A stretch of DNA of 49,495 nt, the filler included, from Bipalium vagum (lineage: Eukaryota), in NCBI GenBank assembly GCA_037834085.1. It is 3 parts of 3 records of this genome, joined end to end, with 100 filler letters (N's around TTAATTAATTAA, not from the genome) between each part and the next. Parts side by side here need not be neighbours in the genome. Positions count along the whole stretch, not along the records: positions 32,824 to 49,495 come from JBBMKC010099040.1; 2 more parts are not named here. One strand, written 5' to 3'. The stretch's first letter is position 1; every line of letters begins with the position of its first letter. This document shows positions 41,001 to 49,495 of the stretch, piece after piece. The notes beneath the pieces were generated by a model. It was not told where the DNA came from and did no database searches. It saw only the letters and a list, made by a program, of their open reading frames with translations. Position numbers and translations under genes: made by a program.

Positions 41001-43181
41001 CGAACATTCTCCAACTAAGACCATACATTTGAAGGTCGTTAAAAAAAATACATAATTAGCCACATGAGAATTGGGAAATGTTCTTCATTTCTTTCTTTGA
41101 ACTACAGTTCGGAAATATCTTAAAAATTTTCTTCGGATGATCGAATAAATAAAAATTAATAACATCAGCGTTTACGCTTTTGGTTTCTGTAACATTTGAC
41201 AAATATCTTTTTAGTAAATGCTTCTAATTTTTCTCATACTGCTATAATAGTCAGATTTTCTAATATTTTCGATAAAATTGACCTTAAATATGAATATTAA
41301 CAGCAAAAGACGATATGACATGCCTGTGTACATCTTTTAACATGTGTTCTTAATTGGAAAAACGTTGAATCTCTTTGAATGTTAAATGTAAAACCTCAAT
41401 TCTGTCTCGTCTGTTTCTCATGCGTTAGACTAAAGCATACAGTATACGAAACAGTTTATGCGAGTCAGTTTCTCATAACCGTAACGTAATAGTACTGGAC
41501 AGTTTTGATTCTACTAGATTTAAAAGAAATTGGTCATTTTTCTTTCATCTGTTTAACATCACATAGGTCTCCATTTCTGTTATTTTATGGTCTGTAATAA
41601 TTTCATTATCAGAAAAATTTGAAAGGTCTTCCAATCATTTTTACATAAATTATACTTGCTAAACAGGATAAAAGTCGTCATATCAAGTTATAAATGTTCG
41701 AACTCAATGAAATCTCTTCACTACATGCTATCGGAAACAACTTAATAATTTCCTTTAGCTGAAAATCTCTTTCAACACTGAGAAGGAGAACTACAATAAG
41801 ATATTCAACAGTGTAGTACATTTTATTGTTTAAAAACAGCTGATTTTCATAAAAGGTTATCAAATTATGAACGTACTTTTAAAGTATACGTTATAAATAT
41901 AAAAATTCATTTTCATAACTTAAATATGTACTATTCATTTATGTTACAAATATTTCTTCGGACTTTATGCCCGTACCACCTACATACCAAATTTTCATCT
42001 TAGTACTAATGTTTACAGTACAAATAATTAACCTTTATCACACGCTTAGCAAAACGTCGGAATGATATAATAAGTAGTAAAATTTATAGTTTTATTTTTG
42101 ACATTTCGCCTTAATTTTTTATTCATTAAATATTTTCCCGCTCTAGTTTTACAGCGAAATCTAAAGAGGATGATTGAAAAAAGATGTGTTATGCAAATAA
42201 TTTCTTTCATTTGGAATCCTCTGATCATTTGGACAAGTCCTGAATGAATCTGTCAATTAATGTCGCTAGATAATTTATCAGGAACAAATCGGATGGCAGG
42301 TCGGCTCGAGTACTACTATTTATCCTTAATGAAAATTGTAAATTACCATCCGTCTTCTGCTTACTGGAATCAAATCCAAGTCAAACTGTCTATTATCTAT
42401 CGATCAGCTGCAAATTACCATTTGTGGTCTTGAATTGATTGACAACACTAGAAATACATTAGTTGGATTGCCAATTTTAATGGTTACCAGAACAAATATG
42501 TATATCCTAATTAGTTCGTTTTATCAAGTCCAAAATCTAACAATGCTTAATGACAATTTTCTGCATTTATATGACACAAATTGTCACTTGCCTTAAAATG
42601 TTATCTAAAATCATATCTTTACCCTAATTTTTCATTCAACTTTTGCATTACCAGTTTCTATAATTGTTATCATTAACAGATTTTAGATTTAAACTTTTTC
42701 CAAATTTACTTTATTCCACATTTGCTCAACCTTAACTTTTGATATCATTGTCAAAAATTCTTTCCAATATTAATTTAATTATTATTTAATTCGGTTTAAT
42801 TAATAATATTGCACTATATTTATAAAATATTTATTTATTTTTATATTTTTTATTGATTATTATTATTATTTATAAAATATCCAATCATCAGATATTCCAG
42901 AATTACTTTTAATGAAACAGTTGATAAATAACAGAATTTTTACAAGAAGTAATTGGATATTCTGAATTTTAAAGAACCACGAGATAATTTCGTCACAAAA
43001 TTTCATAATGTAAAATAATACTAACATTATTCAAGAAACATACCTCAGTAAACTTTGCATTGAGATCAAATTTATAAATTTCCACCATTTTTCTTAATTT
43101 TTCGATGTCATTGTTTATAATTGCATCATAGAACGATAATGCTGGACTACTTGAAGCATTGTTGCATGGAGATGAGGCCAT
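36038..43181 (-). CDS. Ankyrin-repeat protein, exons 1-2 only (43181-43044; 36214-36038)
   Basis: Exon 1 MASSPCNNASSSPALSFYDAIINNDIEKLRKMVEIYKFDLNAKFTE|GTATGT joins in phase 0 to VRRANHKDLCPVHLVSYKGYFSILQYLIQSGVDVNQPTTTLFRQPLHHAAMSHQLSCSQ|GTTGGT. Ankyrin consensus (PxHxxxxxG...YL...GxDVN...PLHxAA); intron 1 is 6.8 kb. Confidence 0.88.
37945..38024. repeat. (ATT)n microsatellite
   Basis: About 26 ATT units, read directly. Confidence 0.95.
38770..39960. mobile_element. Cluster of short Tc1/maT-like remnants inside ankyrin intron 1
   Basis: Minus strand at about 38800: FLEAKGEHL (transposase C-terminus). Plus strand at 39080: GRRRKLTERD (Tc1 GRPR linker). Plus strand at 39800-39900: KIWENIS...FSKRLRASVKA (maT-like C-terminus). 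Confidence 0.55.
41000..42500 (-). mobile_element. Highly decayed Ty3/Gypsy-like retrotransposon
   Basis: Minus-strand fragments in gag-pol order: TLIDRFIQDL (gag-like), LKEIIKLFP..CSEE (pre-RT), ETDSHKL / YTVCFSLTH (cf. DxHKTAF / YxxMPFGLxN), FSN*EHMLKDVH (post-YxDD helix). Confidence 0.5.
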
Positions 43182-46100
43182 TAAAACTGATTCTATTTCC
43201 CAAAAGTAAAATCACATAAGACTCAACAATAGTGAATATTTATTAGTTTCAATGTAACTAACGCTATTAAAGTCATAACAAAACATTGTAATATTAACAA
43301 ATTAAACTATGGAAATCAATCTGTGATTTTCTCTATCCTATAATAGAAGCAATAATTATTTTCATACCAAAATCCATTCCTATTGGATAAGGGATTTAAC
43401 AAATTATTTATCTCCTCAAATTATGTTATTAGAGAAAAATCAATGTTATTAATAAAAAAAACCAGAAACTAATAAAAATAGGTCAAAAAATTTCTTTATC
43501 AAATATTTTAATGGAAAAGTTATAAATTAGAAATTAATTAATTAATAGTTACATAAGTATGACTATTTAATTGGGTTTATTCATGAAGTTGAAATTGTTT
43601 TCAAATTTATTAATTATCTGCAGTTTAATCAAACTACTTTTCCAAGAATTAAATTTTATTTAATAATTATTTAATTGGTATTTATTTTTATATTTAGTGA
43701 TAAAATAAATTTCAAAATAATTTTTTTTAATTGGAAAAAAATTAAAAAATAATTTATGATAAGTGCAGGTTTTACAAAATAAAGTTATTTGACCTATAGT
43801 AACTTAAAAAGTTTATTTTATTATAATTTTTCGTTTCACAGTCAGCGACTGAATTTTTCAAGAATTATCAATTTGGTTTTAGAGTGTTACGCTATTTATA
43901 TTGCTTATACAATTTTATCTTTGCCAAAGCTTTTAAAACTAATTTACTTCTTAATTTTATTACATTTTTCAACATTATTAGCTTTAAGAAAATTATAGTC
44001 TATTTAAAATTATTACTGCGAAAATAGAATTAAATTAATTTGGTAAAGTTCAGTTAAAATACTGAAGGCTACGAAAAAATTACGAAGAGAAGTAAAATTA
44101 TTGCTTGTCTTGATTCTTTAATAAAAAATTTTAGTGATATTTTATTGCTTATCTAATTTGATTAATAATATTTCGTGTTTCCGGAGCTTGGACAATCCAT
44201 GAAGTAAATTTAAACTAATAAGTGAAAATAAATATACTACTTACATTCAATTTTATCACTTTTTGTAAAAAAAATTAAATTTACCTTTGCGAAAATCAGA
44301 TATTAACTATTCTAATATTCAAGAGTTTTAAAAGTGATTCTGTGTCTATATCTCTATATTTTATAATTATTTTTTATGATTATATCAACAGAAATAATAC
44401 TTGATACACATTTATTTTAAAAAATTGTTTTGAAAACGCTTTAGTAATTTTATGCTTTGACTCAAAATTACTAATTAGTGTACTGATCACTCGTATGAGG
44501 CTAAATGTAACGTAGTATATAAAGTCATACGAAACAAGTCTAAGTCCTCGTACTAGGCGTAACTTTCTAAACACATTCTGGTGATTAGCTTATGATCACT
44601 TTAGGCGGAAGTATATCGAGGTTTTTTAAATCCTGAACACGAGACTACATACCTTGAAGGGAAGTCCGCAATCCAAAACCCAGTAGCCAGCTCACAGTCA
44701 CTGGATCTACCGATATAAACCATCGGTGAGATCTCTGGGAAATTGTTCTACAATATTAATGTTATAAAAATCAATCAATATCTAGTTGTTTTATCATATT
44801 GTTTGACATCTGAGGATAAGGAAAAAAGTATTTCAAATCTTTAAATATGAAAATAGAATTAATATCGGTAAATGAAAATAGATAAATAGTGTTTTATTAA
44901 TATTTGTCACCAATTTTTCAAAGTAATCAAAGAAAAATTGTTTCACATACTCGTTTGTTAATTTAATCAGAATTTAAAATTAAAAAGATGAGACAAAAAA
45001 TATTTTTAAAAATCAAAGATTTAATGATTATATTGTGAATTTATTGTAGAAAATACCACGGTAAACCTTTCAGGCTACAAATTACTAAATGAAAAGATAA
45101 AGGTTCTAAAATATGAAATTAAATCAAGTGTCAGTTACCTCAAATTAAAAATAAAAATTTAATAACCTTTAAAATACAAGAAATTAAATTTTTGAATTGT
45201 TAAGAAAAGCTAAAAAGATAAATTGAAATTGTTAAAGAAGGCAACCGCGACATAAAAAATAAGCAATTGTTAAATTGTATTTTGAATATTTAGTAAACTG
45301 GCTTTTCATGAGTATTATTGCTGCGTTCCTTTAATAGAAAAATAACTTAACAATAGTCTCAATAAAATTTATTTAACTTATAAGTTTTCAATGAAAAAAT
45401 TTGCTTTTTAATAATCAGGTCAACACTCTATCACAAATTAATTAGTGAATTTATAATGAAAAAAGAGATCAATAGTATTTAATTCAAGTTCAGAATCAAA
45501 TGTTTTCTCAAAAGGTTTTTCAATCACCAAAGTTTAATAGAATTAATAAATAATTACACACATTTAGAATAACTAAATGATCAATTTAAAATAGACAAAA
45601 CGAAACAAGACAATATATACCGGTTATTAATAAGGAAAAGAATTTAAAATAAATAATCAATGTAAGATAAAATAGGAATTCCTCGAAAATTTTAAATGTT
45701 TGCTACGCAAAACTTTAAAAGTAGGATGAAAATAAAGATAATTAAGAGAATCAAAAGTAAGAAAGGCATTGAGTTTCTTTGGATCTTCAAAATTTGTAAT
45801 ACTTAAGTCAAATAAAACGAGTATAATAAGAATGAAATGAAATTAGAAAACAAAAATTTATTGAGACTATTATTGATTAAATTAAAGACTTACAAAAATA
45901 TTACTTTTGAGCTGACATAATTTCAAGCTCTTGAGGGACTACCGGGTCTCTTATTTTAAATATTATTTTATTTTAAATATATTTCAAATGGATAAGAAAC
46001 AAGAACATTACATAATAGAATCGCAAAATTCTTCGTTATAATAGAAATAGTAAAATCTCTTGTACCATTACATATAAATATTAAGAAATTATTAAAAAAA

Positions 46101-46371
46101 TTATAAATTCAAAATTAATTAATTTTCTATAATTTAAATGATTGGACTTTTATGAGGTTGTTTGAAAACTGATTCTTATATGAATATACTCATGCATTTT
46201 AAAATGTTATATCTCAGTAATATTTATTTATATTTAAATTTAATTAAAATTATAAATTTATATAAATATACAAAACATAACATTTGTTTAAAAAATATTA
46301 TTTTTAAAATCTTAACTTGTTATTATATATCATTTTTTGCAAAATTTTAAATATTTTCTACGTTTTATAAA

Positions 46372-48797
46372 ATGGATAAAACGATTGAATCTAAAAATAA
46401 ATTTCATATAGAAAGTAATTTTAAATCATTTCATATATTTATTAACGTTTCTATTAGTTTTGATTGTGTTAAAAGAAGCTCAACAACAGCATGGTTTAAG
46501 ACACAAAGATTTTCAAAGCTATCATCAATATATTTCTCGTAAATTGCATAGAATGAGAAAGTCCTTAAATTTTCAACAAGGCAGGGGTAATCGTGTGATT
46601 CCAAAAAAAATCACTAAAGGTCTTTTAACGGACAATCGGTTCTTATTGATTAAATTATTTGAAGCTGAAAGGGCATGGGCCTATGCTATGCAACTTAAGT
46701 CAGAAGCAAATACTGAACCACGTAAAGTATATCATATGAGGAATCGTTTAAAGAAGGCAGTAAATGCAGCCAATGAATTATGGGAATTGTGTAGATGGGG
46801 TAAGTGTGATGAGCACGAAAATGTTGAAGAATGTGAAAATTGTGCAAAATGCGATGCTCATACATATGTTGAATCTCAAGCATATTATTATGCGATGCAG
46901 GCTGTTCGATATTTTGAAATATCAGTAATATTTTTGTAAATCTCTCAATCCAATAAATCGTGTTTTCTTCCTTAGGATTGGAAAAAGGCCAAACTGATGT
47001 ACGAAAAGGCTTATGTAGAATACTCCGGCCTGGCCAAAGCCGTTGACAAGGATCAACAGCACTTGTATTTGTTAAAGTGCGATGAAATCAAACCTCTGAT
47101 GCGATATTGCGCTAATAATGACGGGGATTTACAGGAAAGCTCAGACATTTCAGCTCTTCACGTGGCTGGTGGGGATATGGAGCAATTTAACGATCTGCTG
47201 AAGCAGATATACAAGAACCAAGTGGCTATCATGACTGAAGTTAACTGGTTGGGTATTGTAATTCCCGTCAAGCAAGAGAATGTTCGATTGACAATTTTGG
47301 CTCTCAACGACTCAAATAAGGAATTGAATAAAGCCAATTTAAATAACAATGCAAAAATTGCTATTTACGATTCCCTTCTAAAAACCTGTACCGAAGCTTT
47401 GAGTTCAGTCAGAGACGATCTCAAGAGTTCCGGGCCAAATAATCCAGCTCAGATTGCAAATCTTAATTTAGAAACGGTAAGCTGTGTTAAACTTCATATT
47501 TCTTTTTAAAAATCAAAATACAGTATATGAGGTTCGAAGTATATATGTGTTAATTATAAAATACTTTTATTTTATTGGTCTCCATAATAACTATAGGATT
47601 TATTAAAATTCAGATGACACGGCTGCAAATTTTATTTGTCTACTTACATTACGTGAAACTGACGAAAACCGTGGAACGGAATCTGTTGATAATAGAGAAC
47701 AATTTGGATTCCAGTGCCAACAAACCACAAAATATGGCTCGACTGTATGACACCGTAATGCAGAATCTGCAAGAAATGGCCGGTCTGCCGGGACTGAATA
47801 AAGAGAGTAATGATAACAATGCTCAGCAAGAAATTCAGGCCAAAATTACGGCATATACGGCCTATCGGTGCTATTATTTGTCACAGGCACATTTGATCAT
47901 GAAGCGCTTCACGGAATGTGCTGCTTTGTTGACTCGGACAATTCGTCATAGCGAGAACGCTTTGGCCGATTTACGTTTAATTAGTGACGGTGACGCAGTG
48001 CGTGGCGGTGTTGCAATAAATAATCGATTGATTCCCGGACCCTCAATATCGGAAATGGTTGAAAAAATTAAAACACTTATGGAAACAATTGGTGCCGATC
48101 AATTAATATGCCGTGCTGATCGTTGTTTGTCAATGTTCAATGACACAAGCTTTGAGATTTCTGCAAATCCCGAAAATATTGATTTGGTAATTTTATTGAT
48201 TCCAATTATTATAAAATCTTTTCAAATATCAATAAGTTTGAAAATTTTTAATGTTTCATTTTTTAAAAATTCTATATATTTATTGTTAAGTCATTAGGTT
48301 TTCATTAATTACTACTGGCAAGTTAAGTACCTGTAAAATTTTAATAACGTTTTTTACTCCATGGTTTTAATGCATTTGAAAAATAATTATTTCACATCGA
48401 ACTTATTCTTAATCAATAAATCTTTATTTTTGATTATTTCTTTATTGATTTAAGATAGGGAAATTGAGTATCATAAAACAAATAAATAAAAATTTTATTT
48501 TAAAAGAAAAATTATTTGAATTTTTCAAGGATTAAAAATATATTTTTGCAGCCTCTAGCTAAACGTATGGATGAATTTGTGGAAGACCCGTATTTATCGA
48601 AAAAGACTTCTCAATCATCTGGCAGATTGATACAGACCACTCCAGATTTTGAGCCTATTCCCGTTAAACCGGTTTTCTTTGATTTAGCATTTTATCATGT
48701 AAAATTCCCAAGTCTCGAGGAAAAATTCAAAGGAAAAACCTCAGACAGTAAAGGTCTTACGAGTATGGTTAAAGGCTGGATTTGGGGCAGCAAATAA
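46372..48797 (+). CDS. SRP68: Signal recognition particle subunit SRP68; 5 exons, 609 aa
   Basis: Exons 46372-46414, 46458-46924, 46976-47476, 47614-48186, 48552-48797 total 1830 nt in frame. Motifs KEAQQQHGLRHKDFQSY, AERAWAYAMQLK.EANTEPRK, PDFEPIPVKPVFFDLA and a C-terminal GLTSMVKGWIWG. Confidence 0.97.
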
Positions 48798-49495
48798 CAA
48801 GGCTGGCTGTTGTGATTTCCACCGATAGTAATTTAATCTGAGGGTCTTTGTTATTCCTGATAAAAATAAATCGCTTCTATGGGGTTGCCTTATTCAAGAT
48901 ATCATTTCCATATTTCCATAAAATTTAGTTTGCTGGAAAAAATTTAATTCTTCAAATTTCTATTTCACCAGTCATTTCCTTTTTGGTCAAAAACTTTAGA
49001 AGTACGTGTGTAATACTTTACATTTAATATTCAGTGATATTTTTAGCAATTTTGTCAAACGGAATTGAATATTTGAAATGACTTGATCATAAATGAACTA
49101 GGCCCAACAACAGTTATAAACTATATATTAATTGACTATTAACATGAAAAGTAGATAGGCATTCTATTTTTCTTAACAAAACTTAATTCGATTAAATGGA
49201 ATGAATCATAATTTAAAATCTATTTCAACATTTATAAAGGATATAAATTTTATTCCAAATTCGACACCAAGAGAAAATAATTTAAATAGAACGTGAAATT
49301 GGAAAAGTTATTTTGACGATGTAAATTTGGTTCCATAAATTGAAGATTTGGTTTCGAACAAGAAGTACTAATTTTCTTATTTACTTACTATTTTTTGTAT
49401 AATCTTGTTACTGATGTTTTGAAGGTTGCTTTTATACGTGTTCGCTTTAATTAAAGTTCACTGAGAAAACGATTTTTAGTTTAATACGTATATTC

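Noticed and set aside
1-49495. CRISPR arrays, rRNA, tRNA, prokaryotic operons or defence systems
   Set aside because: The DNA is intron-containing and eukaryotic; no regularly spaced repeat-spacer array or recognisable structural RNA gene was seen.

Overview
AT-rich eukaryotic (animal) genomic DNA with very short GT-AG introns (mostly 41-57 nt) and many decayed Tc1/mariner, pogo and Ty3/Gypsy elements. This profile suggests an AT-rich invertebrate such as a triclad flatworm, but the sequence alone cannot prove that. There are two artificial 100-nt scaffold linkers (N44-TTAATTAATTAA-N44). Genes reconstructed by hand: (1) the last exon of a neuronal calcium sensor (NCS) family EF-hand gene (+); (2) an orphan type I membrane glycoprotein with at least 9 exons (-); (3) a small unknown spliced gene (-); (4) a complete but strongly divergent 10-exon V-ATPase subunit C gene (-, 377 aa); (5) the first two exons of an ankyrin-repeat gene (-), with no later exons found in the window; (6) a complete 5-exon SRP68 gene (+, 609 aa) carrying a Cys/His-rich insert. 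The most notable feature is the compact same-strand cluster of divergent or orphan genes at about 15.4-23 kb, a candidate polycistronic/trans-spliced or intron-nested unit. I found no rRNA, tRNA or CRISPR. All family assignments come from recalled motifs, not database searches.
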